Source of the DNA: Bacteroidales bacterium UBA5429
GTDB taxonomy: Bacteria; Bacteroidota; Bacteroidia; Bacteroidales; WCHB1-69
Length of the DNA: 64,000 nucleotides
Reading direction: 5' to 3'
Assembly: GCA_002427605.1 (NCBI GenBank)
Contig: DIRT01000020.1
Coordinates: 10,013-74,012 of the forward strand
In this document: one piece after another, positions 1 to 8,836 of the stretch
Layout: every line of letters begins with the position of its first letter
Numbering within the stretch: position 1 is the stretch's first letter
Notes under the pieces: model-generated
Seen by the model: the letters and a program-made list of their open reading frames with translations, nothing else
What the model was told of the DNA's origin: nothing
Databases searched by the model: none
Program-made: the position numbers and the translations under genes

Positions 1-378
1 AAATCCCATGCTGCCCGTTGCACAAAATTTACACCCTAATTTACATCCTACTTGTGATGATATACAAGCTGTTACCCTCTTTCCGGAGGGAATTAATACC
101 CCCTCAATTAAATGATTATCATGTAATCTGAATATAAACTTAACGGTTCCATCCCGACTGGTTACTTCCTGATCAATTTGTGAAGCCAAAAAGGTAAATT
201 GTTCTTTCAGTTTTTCGATTAATTTCTTCGGAAGGTTTTGCATCAGGTCAAACCCGTGGACATTCTTTTCCCATAACCAACTATTCAACTGCTTAATACG
301 AAAGGGTTTCTCCCCTATGGTTGAAAAAAATTGCATTAACTGCTCTTCCGAAGCCTCGCGAATATCGTTCTTATACAT
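1..378 (-). CDS. rlmN: 23S rRNA/tRNA adenine-C2 methyltransferase RlmN, N-terminal part (gene runs off the left edge)
   Basis: Own translation of the minus strand from ATG 378..376 gives [18 protein letters not shown]...[20 protein letters not shown], with a radical-SAM CxxxCxxC motif in RlmN context. It is absent from the ORF track because there is no stop inside the window. Confidence 0.8.
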   Translation of the reverse strand, partial: MYKNDIREASEEQLMQFFSTIGEKPFRIKQLNSWLWEKNVHGFDLMQNLPKKLIEKLKEQFTFLASQIDQEVTSRDGTVKFIFRLHDNHLIEGVLIPSGKRVTACISSQVGCKLGCKFCATGSMGF

Positions 379-484
379 AGTGCTTACTATTTTATTTTTT
401 TAATGTATGTTAGTTTATAAACTATGAGTACCTCGAAAAATAGTTAAAATCCTAAAAATCAGGAATCCTTTGTGTTTCAATCCA

Positions 485-838
485 TTAAAACTGAGAAGAA
501 ACTGCAACATATTTTACTTTTCCGCCAATAGCGGGATTCATTTTACAAACTTTAACCTCTGCATGAACCACCTGAGGATATTGTAATCGAATCATACTCA
601 ATATTTTAGAACATAGAGTTTCTAAAATATTAACAGGTCTCTCCATAATTTTTTTAATATCTTGATAAACAGATTGATAGTTGACAGTAAGCAAGACATC
701 ATCATGTTGCGATGCCTCACTGATATCAACTTTAATGGTCAGATCCACTTTGAAATGGGTACCAATAATTTTTTCTTCTGCAAAACAGCCATGGAATCCG
801 TAAAATTCCATTTCAGATAATACGATTTCACTTAACAT
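485..838 (-). CDS. folB: dihydroneopterin aldolase
   Basis: 117 aa. EFYGFHGCFAEEKIIGTHFKVDL...TVNYQSVY is the typical FolB pattern. Confidence 0.8.
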   Translation of the reverse strand: MLSEIVLSEMEFYGFHGCFAEEKIIGTHFKVDLTIKVDISEASQHDDVLLTVNYQSVYQDIKKIMERPVNILETLCSKILSMIRLQYPQVVHAEVKVCKMNPAIGGKVKYVAVSSQF

Positions 839-846
839 AATTCTAA

Positions 847-2652
847 TTATTCAATTTTTGTTGCCCGTTTTCTCTCTTTTTCATCCAATAAAATTTTACG
901 TAATCGAAGATTACGAGGTGTGATCTCCAAATACTCATCTTTATTGATGGCCTCCATATATTCCTCTAAAGATAATTTGATGGAAGGAGCAATTTTCATC
1001 TTCTCATCCGAACCGGATGCTCTCATATTTGTAAGTTTTTTAGATTTACAAACATTGACAATCAAATCATCTTGTCTGATATGTTCTCCAATCACCTGTC
1101 CGGTATATACCATCTCTCCCGGATCAATATAGAAATTGCCTCTATCTTGCAGTTTATCAATAGCATAAGCATAAGCCTGACCGGTTTCCATCGCAATCAA
1201 TGCACCGGCATGTCTGCCCGAAATCTCTCCCTTCCAAGGCTCAAAATCAAGAAAACGGTGTGAAATAATCGCTTCTCCTTCAGTAGCCGTGAGAATCTGA
1301 TTTCTTAATCCAATAATACCGCGTGAAGGAATTCTAAAATCGAGATGAATGCGGTCATTAATGGTGTCCAATGAGACTAATTCTCCTTTTTTTCTGGATA
1401 CATAATCGATGACTTTGCTTTCAAACCCTTCAGGTACCAATACTGAAAGTTGTTCAATCGGTTCATGGATCACTCCCTCAATCTCTTTTTTAATCACTTG
1501 AGGCTGACCTACTTGTAATTCATATCCCTCTCTTCTCATAGTTTCAATTAAAATGGAGAGGTGTAGAATTCCTCTACCGAAAACATTGAGCATATCTGGG
1601 GAATTGGTTTCTTGGATACTCAGAGCGAGATTTTTCTCCAGTTCAGCAAAAAGTCGGTCACGTAAGTGTCGGGATGTTACATATTTACCATCTTGTCCAA
1701 AAAATGGGGAAGTGTTGATAGTGAACAACATGCTCATAGTAGGCTCATCAATTTTGAAAGGATCTAACTGTTCAGGATTTTCAAAATCGGCAATTGTATC
1801 TCCGATATCAAAATCTTCCAATCCCAAAATGGCACAAATCTCTCCCGGATAAATGGGTTCTTTTTGCTTCTCTTTTCCCAATCCCTCAAAAACGTACAAT
1901 TCTTTCACCTTGTTGGGAATAACTTTCCCATTTCTTTTGATAATCGAAACATTTTGTCCCCAGGTTAAAGTTCCTCTTTTCAATCTTCCAATGGCAATAC
2001 GTCCCACATAAGAGGAGTAATCCAGAGAGGAGATCATCATTTGTAAATTCCCCTCTTCAGCCGGTTTTTGTGGAATATGGGTAATGATTTGATCCAAAAG
2101 ATAACTCACATCCTGAGTCGGGGTTTTCCAGGTTTCGCCCATCCAACCGCCTTTGGCAGAGCCATATACGGTAGGAAAGTCAAGCTGATCATCGGTGGCA
2201 CCCAGATTGAACATCAATTCAAAAACAGCTTCCTGTGCATATTCAGGATTACAGTTGGGTTTATCCACTTTATTGATGACTACAATCGGTTTTAATCCCA
2301 GTTCAATCGCCTTTTGGGTTACAAAACGGGTTTGGGGCATAGGACCTTCAAAGGCATCTACAACAATCAGAACGCCGTCAGCCATATTCAGTACCCGCTC
2401 CACTTCTCCTCCGAAATCGCTGTGCCCGGGCGTGTCTATGATGTTGATTTTGTAATCTTTATATCGTACAGCGACATTTTTGGACAAAATAGTAATTCCT
2501 CGTTCTCTTTCCAAATCATTACTATCCAAAGAGGATTGTTGTGCTTCCTGGGCTGTTCTGAATTGGTTGGATTGATAAAGTATTCTGTCAACCAAAGTGG
2601 TTTTGCCATGGTCAACGTGAGCTATAATTGCAACATTAATAATTTTCTGCAT
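847..2652 (-). CDS. typA: translational GTPase TypA/BipA
   Basis: 601 aa. G1 [17 protein letters not shown] and NKVD motifs, with TypA-type domain order. Confidence 0.95.
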   Translation of the reverse strand: MQKIINVAIIAHVDHGKTTLVDRILYQSNQFRTAQEAQQSSLDSNDLERERGITILSKNVAVRYKDYKINIIDTPGHSDFGGEVERVLNMADGVLIVVDAFEGPMPQTRFVTQKAIELGLKPIVVINKVDKPNCNPEYAQEAVFELMFNLGATDDQLDFPTVYGSAKGGWMGETWKTPTQDVSYLLDQIITHIPQKPAEEGNLQMMISSLDYSSYVGRIAIGRLKRGTLTWGQNVSIIKRNGKVIPNKVKELYVFEGLGKEKQKEPIYPGEICAILGLEDFDIGDTIADFENPEQLDPFKIDEPTMSMLFTINTSPFFGQDGKYVTSRHLRDRLFAELEKNLALSIQETNSPDMLNVFGRGILHLSILIETMRREGYELQVGQPQVIKKEIEGVIHEPIEQLSVLVPEGFESKVIDYVSRKKGELVSLDTINDRIHLDFRIPSRGIIGLRNQILTATEGEAIISHRFLDFEPWKGEISGRHAGALIAMETGQAYAYAIDKLQDRGNFYIDPGEMVYTGQVIGEHIRQDDLIVNVCKSKKLTNMRASGSDEKMKIAPSIKLSLEEYMEAINKDEYLEITPRNLRLRKILLDEKERKRATKIE

Positions 2653-2658
2653 CGGTAT

Positions 2659-3561
2659 TTATTTCTTTTTATTTCTAAGTTTTAATCCGGCTATTATGGT
2701 ATCCGGTTTCAAATTCATAACTGCTTTCATCTCTCCGGACATGCAAAAACCGCATGAATCACAGAGATTAAATATTTTGCCGCTACACTCCGCAGTTCGG
2801 GTTCCATCAATTTGTACAAAGTTGGACACGAAGCAATATTTATCGGTTATTTCCCCTTTCATGTACTTTAATCCCGATACGGAATTCATAATGGGAGCGC
2901 CCCTCTTTTTAAGCTGAATCACGTCATCCAAAACCTGCAATCTTTGTTCCGGTGTCAACATCAACTGTTCTGTTCCGGGGAATGGGGTGTGCAAATTGAT
3001 CGCGATCGATTTCAATTTCGGATGCGCTTCCACCCACTCAACTGCCTCTTTTATACCCTGATAGTTAATTTTGTTGACCACCATATTGGTGTGCATATTG
3101 GGGTGATTGGAGTCGCTAATATTTTTTTCTAACTTTTCAAAAGCTCCTTTTCCACGAATCGCATCATGCAGTTCCCCAATGCCATCCATACTGATCCAAA
3201 TAGAATTGGCTTTTAAATCCACAATAGGGAGTTGGGCATTGGTAGTCACGGTGGTGGTGAAAAACCCGATTTCGTGCGCCAGCGCAATCAAATCGTTGAT
3301 GTTTTTCTCATTTTCTCTCCACAATAGGGGTTCTCCCCCTTCAAAATCAACAAAACGGGACCCTAAATCGAAAGAGTATTGCAACTCTTCCCTAATTTGA
3401 GCATAGCTTTTGGAGATAATATTCTCTTTTTCATAGATTATGCAATGTTTACACTCCAAATTGCACTCATTGGTGATAAACAATACCGTTTGCAAAGGCT
3501 TTTTCTGACCTAAAAACCGAGTTTTAAAATACCAGTAAGGATGATAAAAGAATGATTTCAT
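2659..3561 (-). CDS. radical SAM protein (MoaA/PqqE-like core with a Cys-rich C-terminus), function unknown
   Basis: CNLECKHC cluster motif and C-terminal CDSCGFC. I chose the ATG at 3561 (MKSFFYHPYW) because it forms an ATGA overlap with the upstream stop, rather than the track start at 3600. Confidence 0.7.
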   Translation of the reverse strand: MKSFFYHPYWYFKTRFLGQKKPLQTVLFITNECNLECKHCIIYEKENIISKSYAQIREELQYSFDLGSRFVDFEGGEPLLWRENEKNINDLIALAHEIGFFTTTVTTNAQLPIVDLKANSIWISMDGIGELHDAIRGKGAFEKLEKNISDSNHPNMHTNMVVNKINYQGIKEAVEWVEAHPKLKSIAINLHTPFPGTEQLMLTPEQRLQVLDDVIQLKKRGAPIMNSVSGLKYMKGEITDKYCFVSNFVQIDGTRTAECSGKIFNLCDSCGFCMSGEMKAVMNLKPDTIIAGLKLRNKKK

Positions 3562-4562
3562 ATGGTATAAAACAGAGCGATGCCGACGTAAGTTAAACAA
3601 AAAAAGAGAACTAAATTTCTGGCGCTATACCAACGAAGCATAAACCAGTCGATCCCTGCCTGGGTAATCTCTTTCCATCTCTCCATCGGGAAGTGATACC
3701 AACGCCGTGAAATAGAGGAGGAAGGATCTTTTTGAAAGGCTAAAATGGATCGAAATAGGGATATGGCTATGGGTAATATCCATAATGTAATTAAAAAAAT
3801 GGGGGGAAGCATATTCAGAAGCACAAAGCAAACAATGAGCACAAAAGGAGAAAAAATAAACAGTGTTGAAAAGAAAGTGATCCACTTTTGATTATTCAAA
3901 ACGACCGCCAGCGTATTTTTGTGTATGGAACGATCCGCCTCAAAATCCATAACGGCATGGGTATACAAAATATTGATGACTAAAATTCCAACAATGCAGG
4001 AGATAATCAATCCGGGAACGGTTGTTGTTCCGGCAGCGGCGATAGATACTCCCTGCATGAGCAAAGGTCCAAATATAATTCCCAGTGTAATCTCTCCCAA
4101 CCCGATATAGCTCAATCTCAAGGGGGGAGCGGAATAGGACAGTGATAATAACGCGGTAATGAGCACGATAATTAAGAGGTTCACCCGTTGATCCCAACGA
4201 AAAACAAGAACAATCGCACCCATGAGCAAAGCAAACAGAGAAAAGAGTGATGCTGCAATAAATAATTGTTTCACTGTTGCCCGACCATCTTGAATATAAT
4301 CACATTTGGCAATCCGGGCGCGGATACCATTAGATGCCAGTCTGTCTCTGTATGAGGAGTCGTTCTTTTTGAGATCAAAGTAATCATCCCACAAATTAGC
4401 ACCCAAATGGGCGGACATCACCCCAAGCAGCGCGAAGACTGACAAAGTGAGAGAAAAAGAATCACTTCCGGCAGCGAAAAAAATGGCGACTAGTGCCGGT
4501 AAAGCACTTTGTGGCAGTGCTACAGAGCGTGCATTTCTGATCCAGGAGCTGATAACACTCAT
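3558..4562 (-). CDS. UbiA-family (MenA-like) integral-membrane prenyltransferase
   Basis: 334 aa and polytopic. NLWDDYFD matches the NxxxDxxxD prenyl-diphosphate motif, and the N-terminus is MenA-like (WIRNARSVALPQS). Confidence 0.7.
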   Translation of the reverse strand: MSVISSWIRNARSVALPQSALPALVAIFFAAGSDSFSLTLSVFALLGVMSAHLGANLWDDYFDLKKNDSSYRDRLASNGIRARIAKCDYIQDGRATVKQLFIAASLFSLFALLMGAIVLVFRWDQRVNLLIIVLITALLSLSYSAPPLRLSYIGLGEITLGIIFGPLLMQGVSIAAAGTTTVPGLIISCIVGILVINILYTHAVMDFEADRSIHKNTLAVVLNNQKWITFFSTLFIFSPFVLIVCFVLLNMLPPIFLITLWILPIAISLFRSILAFQKDPSSSISRRWYHFPMERWKEITQAGIDWFMLRWYSARNLVLFFCLTYVGIALFYTI

Positions 4563-4572
4563 TGGAGTAGTG

Positions 4573-4836
4573 TTATTCTTCAGTAGGGTTATCAGATTTA
4601 ATTTTGGGACGATACATAATGGCTACAATGCCCAAAATTAATCCAATCAACATCACTATAGGGGCAACAACAATACGGCGGGTATTAAAAATTTCCGGAT
4701 TGAAATGATTGGGATCTTCAGCAGCCCCACCAGATAAAAGAATATATCCTACAACTAAAAATAGGATACCCACTATCATGATGATGTAATTGATTCTTCT
4801 AAATATAGGTGGAGATTGTTTATTTTCTAATGACAT
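4573..4836 (-). CDS. small two-TM membrane protein (DUF3098-like, FtsX-associated)
   Basis: 87 aa with two hydrophobic helices, immediately downstream of ftsX as is common in Bacteroidota. Confidence 0.6.
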   Translation of the reverse strand: MSLENKQSPPIFRRINYIIMIVGILFLVVGYILLSGGAAEDPNHFNPEIFNTRRIVVAPIVMLIGLILGIVAIMYRPKIKSDNPTEE

Positions 4837-4851
4837 AACAAAGTTGATTTT

Positions 4852-5736
4852 TTATAAATATAATCTATCCGTATTGATACTGATATATTTGTTAACTGAT
4901 GATAACGATATCAATACAGTAAAAAGAATTGAAAAAAGAAACAGTCCCCCTAAAATAATTGAAATATTATAGATTTCTGAAAAAATCACAAACTCAGGGA
5001 AAACGCTGTTTCCAATATATAAAAGATAGGCCAATATAGAAAGTGCTATGACGCCTCCCCAAACACCTTGAACAAATCCTTTATAAATAAAGGGTCTGCG
5101 AACAAATCCGCGGGTTGCTCCAACTAGAAGTAAGGTCTTGATATTAAAGCGTTTAGCATAGATGTTGAGTCTTAGATAATTACCAATCAATAGCATCGAA
5201 ATCAACATAAAAACACCACAGAGCAGAACAATAACAACCTGAATTTTAACAAAATTGTTCAAAACAGCTTTTACAATGGTATCAGGATATTGAACATCCT
5301 GCACTATAGCTCTTTGTTTGATCTCCTTGGAGATGACATTGAGTGAATCTTCATTGGCATATTCCGGCGTTACACTGAAAATAATCGAACCATTGATAGG
5401 ATTGGTGATAATTTCGGTGTAATCATTTCCGATAGCCTTGATAGCCTCTTTGGTATTTTCAATTTGCGAAGAAAATCTTGATTTAGAAATGTAACTCTTG
5501 AGTTTGAGTTCTTGTTCGTAAGCCTGAATATCTTTTTCTTTAACATCGGGATAGAAGAGGATCTCAATCTCAATATTTTTTGATAGATTGTTGATAAACC
5601 GATAGGAAAAATATCCAAAAAAGACTAATGATCCGATAAGAAAGATGGTTAAAGCCAAGCTAAAAATAGAGCCGAAAGCAGATAATTTTAATCTGGCTTT
5701 TGTGATTCTATCTATCGAGTCAGAATATTTTGACAT
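4852..5736 (-). CDS. ftsX: cell-division permease FtsX-like
   Basis: 294 aa with one N-terminal TM, a large periplasmic loop and three C-terminal TMs (FtsX topology). Confidence 0.75.
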   Translation of the reverse strand: MSKYSDSIDRITKARLKLSAFGSIFSLALTIFLIGSLVFFGYFSYRFINNLSKNIEIEILFYPDVKEKDIQAYEQELKLKSYISKSRFSSQIENTKEAIKAIGNDYTEIITNPINGSIIFSVTPEYANEDSLNVISKEIKQRAIVQDVQYPDTIVKAVLNNFVKIQVVIVLLCGVFMLISMLLIGNYLRLNIYAKRFNIKTLLLVGATRGFVRRPFIYKGFVQGVWGGVIALSILAYLLYIGNSVFPEFVIFSEIYNISIILGGLFLFSILFTVLISLSSVNKYISINTDRLYL

Positions 5737-5746
5737 ATGTTATTTA

Positions 5747-6670
5747 CTATCTTAATGTAAAAGAAGATTCTCCTAACAAAAGATCATCAGTATAAACCTG
5801 AATAATATATTGACCTTTGATTGCTTTATCTTTTTCTTTTAAATCCCAGGCTAAAACTACAGCTTCTGCTTGTCCGGTATAATTGATCGTCTTTTTAACA
5901 GAATATTGTAATTTTTGATCCTGATAATTGAAAGCAAAAGCATCACCGGCTCCGGGTGTTAAAACTCTACCGGTTTCAGGGATGGCAATTCTGCAGTAAA
6001 CATTAACGGGACCGGCAGGAATTAATGAGTTTTCACTCAAAATGAATGAGGTTTTGATTTGTTTCACTCTACTTGCTTTTTCTGTGATTACCTCTTCTCC
6101 TTTTCGTTTAAAATAAACCGGTCTTGCAATGACATTGTACGCTTTATGCACTGCAGCAGTACTGATCTTCTTGTTTAAATCTTCCTTTTCTTGTATCAAG
6201 GTAGTTGCTTCAAACTGTTTTTCAGCTAATTGAGTCTTAACCTGAACATTTTCCTCTTTTAACATTTTGTTTTCTGTATATAACTGATCAATTTCAGTTA
6301 CGTACTCTTGCGTAATCTTTTGTAAACGTTCAAGTTGTCTCTTGATTTTTCTGTAATCAGCCTGAGAGTCGATTAACTTTTTAATCTCCTCTGCATTGGC
6401 TAAAATAATACTGTCTTTCTCAGACATCAGCTCTGAAACAGCACCATACTCCTCTTTAATTTTGTTATGTTCAAGTAAAAGTTCGTCCAATTCGACTTGT
6501 AAATTTTCTTTTTCTTCTACAGTTTGTACGTATTGTGTGTTAAAAACAGGTTTGGCAAAAAAACCAAAATAGAGAGTGGTAGCGAAGAAAAGAAGGGCTA
6601 AAGCTCCTAATAAATAAACCCATTTCTGTAGTGGATTTTTTTCCTTGTTTGATTCGTTATGAGTATTCAT
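5747..6670 (-). CDS. membrane-anchored coiled-coil protein with a C-terminal beta-rich domain
   Basis: Start moved to MNTHNES (ATG 6670) because a -7 box lies at 6716..6723. There is one TM and about 150 aa of heptad-rich E/K/Q/L sequence. Confidence 0.6.
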   Translation of the reverse strand: MNTHNESNKEKNPLQKWVYLLGALALLFFATTLYFGFFAKPVFNTQYVQTVEEKENLQVELDELLLEHNKIKEEYGAVSELMSEKDSIILANAEEIKKLIDSQADYRKIKRQLERLQKITQEYVTEIDQLYTENKMLKEENVQVKTQLAEKQFEATTLIQEKEDLNKKISTAAVHKAYNVIARPVYFKRKGEEVITEKASRVKQIKTSFILSENSLIPAGPVNVYCRIAIPETGRVLTPGAGDAFAFNYQDQKLQYSVKKTINYTGQAEAVVLAWDLKEKDKAIKGQYIIQVYTDDLLLGESSFTLR

Positions 6671-6715
6671 AATATAAAAAAAAATTGTATTTTCGAAAAC
6701 TAAAAATTTGAACCG

Positions 6716-6723
6716 CAAAGGTA
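6716..6723 (-). promoter_or_regulatory. Bacteroidota sigma-A -7 box TACCTTTG
   Basis: Matches TAnnTTTG, 46 nt upstream of ATG 6670. Confidence 0.6.
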
Positions 6724-6741
6724 CTAATAATTATTTGAAAA

Positions 6742-7440
6742 ATGAATAAAATCTCAACTTTACTCCAAAACTTATTTAATTTTTTTTATCCTCGTTTATG
6801 TGTTTCCTGTCAGAATACTCTTTTTGAAAAGGAGACCCATTTCTGTTTACACTGTTTGCAGAATATGCCATTAACTAATTATCACACTTTTGAAGAGAAT
6901 CCGTTGAACTATATTTTCATGGGAAGAGTACCCGTTCAGTTTGTAGGATCCTTACTCTTCTATAGAAAAGGGAATATGGTACAGTCTATATTACAGGAGA
7001 TTAAGTATAAAAACAACAAAGAACTGGGCTCTTATTTGGGGCATTTGTACGGAGAACAATTAGCCAAAACAGAACTTTTAAAAGATGTGGATCTCATTAT
7101 TCCGATTCCTCTTCACCCGAAAAAGGAAAAATTAAGAGGGTATAATCAGAGCGAAATGATAGCTCAGGGATTAAGTTCGGGCTTAAACAAAGAGTATAGC
7201 GTTGAATTTTTAATCCGAAAAGATTTCACTGAAACCCAGACCAAAAAGAGCAGAATCAATCGCTGGGAGAATGTCAAAGATGTTTTTGAAGTTCAAAACG
7301 AGGAGGGAATTAGAAATAAACATCTTTTAGTTTGTGATGATGTACTGACCACCGGCGCAACGATGGAGGCAGCTTTATCCAAGTTGGTGACTGTGGAAGG
7401 GGTTCGGGTTAGTGTTGTAACTCTGGCTGTGGCGGGTTAG
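6742..7440 (+). CDS. comF: ComF-family phosphoribosyltransferase-domain protein
   Basis: N-terminal CxxC...CxxC zinc-finger-like motifs and a C-terminal PRTase motif LLVCDDVLTTGAT. Confidence 0.8.
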   Translation: MNKISTLLQNLFNFFYPRLCVSCQNTLFEKETHFCLHCLQNMPLTNYHTFEENPLNYIFMGRVPVQFVGSLLFYRKGNMVQSILQEIKYKNNKELGSYLGHLYGEQLAKTELLKDVDLIIPIPLHPKKEKLRGYNQSEMIAQGLSSGLNKEYSVEFLIRKDFTETQTKKSRINRWENVKDVFEVQNEEGIRNKHLLVCDDVLTTGATMEAALSKLVTVEGVRVSVVTLAVAG

Positions 7441-8074
7441 GCTCTTCTTCAGTTTCAGGAGCGTCAGTTTCCGGCTCGTTTTTTGTATCCTGGAAGATCG
7501 GTTTATTAAAAATAATGATCAGGATTAAGCCTATTGTAACACAAGTGTCGGCAATATTAAAAATGGCAGGAAAAAACCAGGTTCCTCCCCATAATGGGGA
7601 CCAATCCGGAATTTTAAAAAGCCGGAAGTAGAACATATCTACAACATGACCCATAAACAGTGGAGCGTAATCATAAATAACACCATAAAAAACGGAATCA
7701 ATAATATTTCCTATAGCACCGGCAATAATCAGTGCAAATACAAAAATGGTGATTTTATGAAGTGAACGACGTTTAATCAAACGAATGAAATAGTAGATTA
7801 AAACAGAAACCACGGCAATACGAATCAAGGTCAATGCAATTTTTCCGGCTTTGCCTCCCCAGGATAGTCCAAAAGCCATCCCTTCATTTTCTACAAAATA
7901 GAGGAAAAACCAGTTTTTAAATACCGGGATCATCTCACCCAACTGCATATTCGCCTTAACCCATACTTTCAGAAGCTGGTCTGCAATAACCAAAACAAAG
8001 ATTAAGATGATAGAAAAGAGAAGAAAAGAGTTCTTTCCGTTTCCGTTATTTTTTCTCATTAATCTTAGCATCAA
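7409..8074 (-). CDS. lspA: lipoprotein signal peptidase II
   Basis: LspA motifs (NxGxAFG-like NEGMAFG, FNIAD). It has an acidic/Pro-rich C-terminal tail. The start is uncertain (8074, 8071 or 8059) and every option overlaps the 3' end of dksA. Confidence 0.8.
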   Translation of the reverse strand: MMLRLMRKNNGNGKNSFLLFSIILIFVLVIADQLLKVWVKANMQLGEMIPVFKNWFFLYFVENEGMAFGLSWGGKAGKIALTLIRIAVVSVLIYYFIRLIKRRSLHKITIFVFALIIAGAIGNIIDSVFYGVIYDYAPLFMGHVVDMFYFRLFKIPDWSPLWGGTWFFPAIFNIADTCVTIGLILIIIFNKPIFQDTKNEPETDAPETEEEPNPPQPELQH

Positions 8075-8429
8075 AACTTAACGTAGCGTGAGGAACACTT
8101 CTAAGTCGCTCTTTGGGTATCAACTTTCCGGTAACTCGACAAATCCCGTAGGTTTTGTTTTCAATTCTAACCAGAGCGGCTTCAAGATTTTTGATGTACT
8201 TATCAAGTCGATTCGCCAATCTGCTGTTTTCCTCTTTAGAAAGTACCTGGTTTCCTTCTTCCAAGATTTTAAATGTGGGAGAAGTGTCAATCGTGTCATT
8301 TCCTGCATTGCTATATGCCTCCAAATACACTTCTAAACCTTTCTTTGCCTCGGCAATTTTCCCTTCGATGAGAACGCGGAACTCTTCCAACTCCTCATCC
8401 GAATATCTGTTTACTACATTTTCTGACAT
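8046..8429 (-). CDS. DksA/TraR-family zinc-finger protein
   Basis: 127 aa. The coiled-coil N-terminus and the position upstream of lspA are typical of Bacteroidota. The C4 finger is degenerate (only CRVTG seen). Confidence 0.65.
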   Translation of the reverse strand: MSENVVNRYSDEELEEFRVLIEGKIAEAKKGLEVYLEAYSNAGNDTIDTSPTFKILEEGNQVLSKEENSRLANRLDKYIKNLEAALVRIENKTYGICRVTGKLIPKERLRSVPHATLSFDAKINEKK

Positions 8430-8454
8430 GGCGATTAATTTTTAGTTTGAATTG

Positions 8455-8462
8455 CAAAGATA
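8455..8462 (-). promoter_or_regulatory. -7 box TATCTTTG for the dksA-lspA unit
   Basis: TAnnTTTG, 26 nt upstream of ATG 8429. Confidence 0.6.
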
Positions 8463-8485
8463 CTAAAAAATTGAATACAAAGTTG

Positions 8486-8493
8486 TATTTTTG
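8486..8493 (+). promoter_or_regulatory. -7 box TATTTTTG for tRNA-Arg/yidD
   Basis: TAnnTTTG ends 13 nt before the tRNA 5' end. Confidence 0.6.
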
Positions 8494-8505
8494 CAAATCA
8501 TTTTT

Positions 8506-8579
8506 GGCTCCGTAGTTCAGCTGAATAGAACGTCAGATTCCGGTTCTGAAGGTCGTGGGTTTGAATCCCGCCGGAGTCA
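8506..8579 (+). tRNA. tRNA-Arg (anticodon CCG)
   Basis: Hand-folded 74-nt cloverleaf: acceptor GGCTCCG/CGGAGTC, D stem GTTC/GAAC, anticodon stem TCAGA/TCTGA, loop TTCCGGT, T stem GTGGG/CCCGC. Confidence 0.9.
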
Positions 8580-8593
8580 CTAACTTATTTATT

Positions 8594-8836
8594 ATGAGAA
8601 AGATAATAAATAAAATCATGTGGATTATTTCCCAGATTTTGATTTTTTTGATCAAAATTTATCAATGGACACTCTCTCCATTGATGGGAAATAGCTGCAG
8701 ATTTACGCCCACTTGCTCGGCTTATGGCATCGAAGCACTCAAAAAACATGGTCCTTTTAAAGGCAGTTGGCTTACTTTGAAAAGAATTATCCGATGCAAT
8801 CCCTGGGGCGGCAGCGGCTACGACCCGGTTCCCTGA
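8594..8836 (+). CDS. yidD: membrane protein insertion efficiency factor YidD
   Basis: [31 protein letters not shown] is the YidD signature. The start was moved to ATG 8594 because the track ORF start (8555) lies inside the tRNA. Confidence 0.9.
   Translation: MRKIINKIMWIISQILIFLIKIYQWTLSPLMGNSCRFTPTCSAYGIEALKKHGPFKGSWLTLKRIIRCNPWGGSGYDPVP

Noticed and set aside
3625-4197. 86-aa and 85-aa minus-strand ORFs and a 63-aa plus-strand ORF inside the UbiA gene
   Set aside because: They are alternative frames of a gene whose main frame shows the prenyltransferase motif and a consistent TM pattern.
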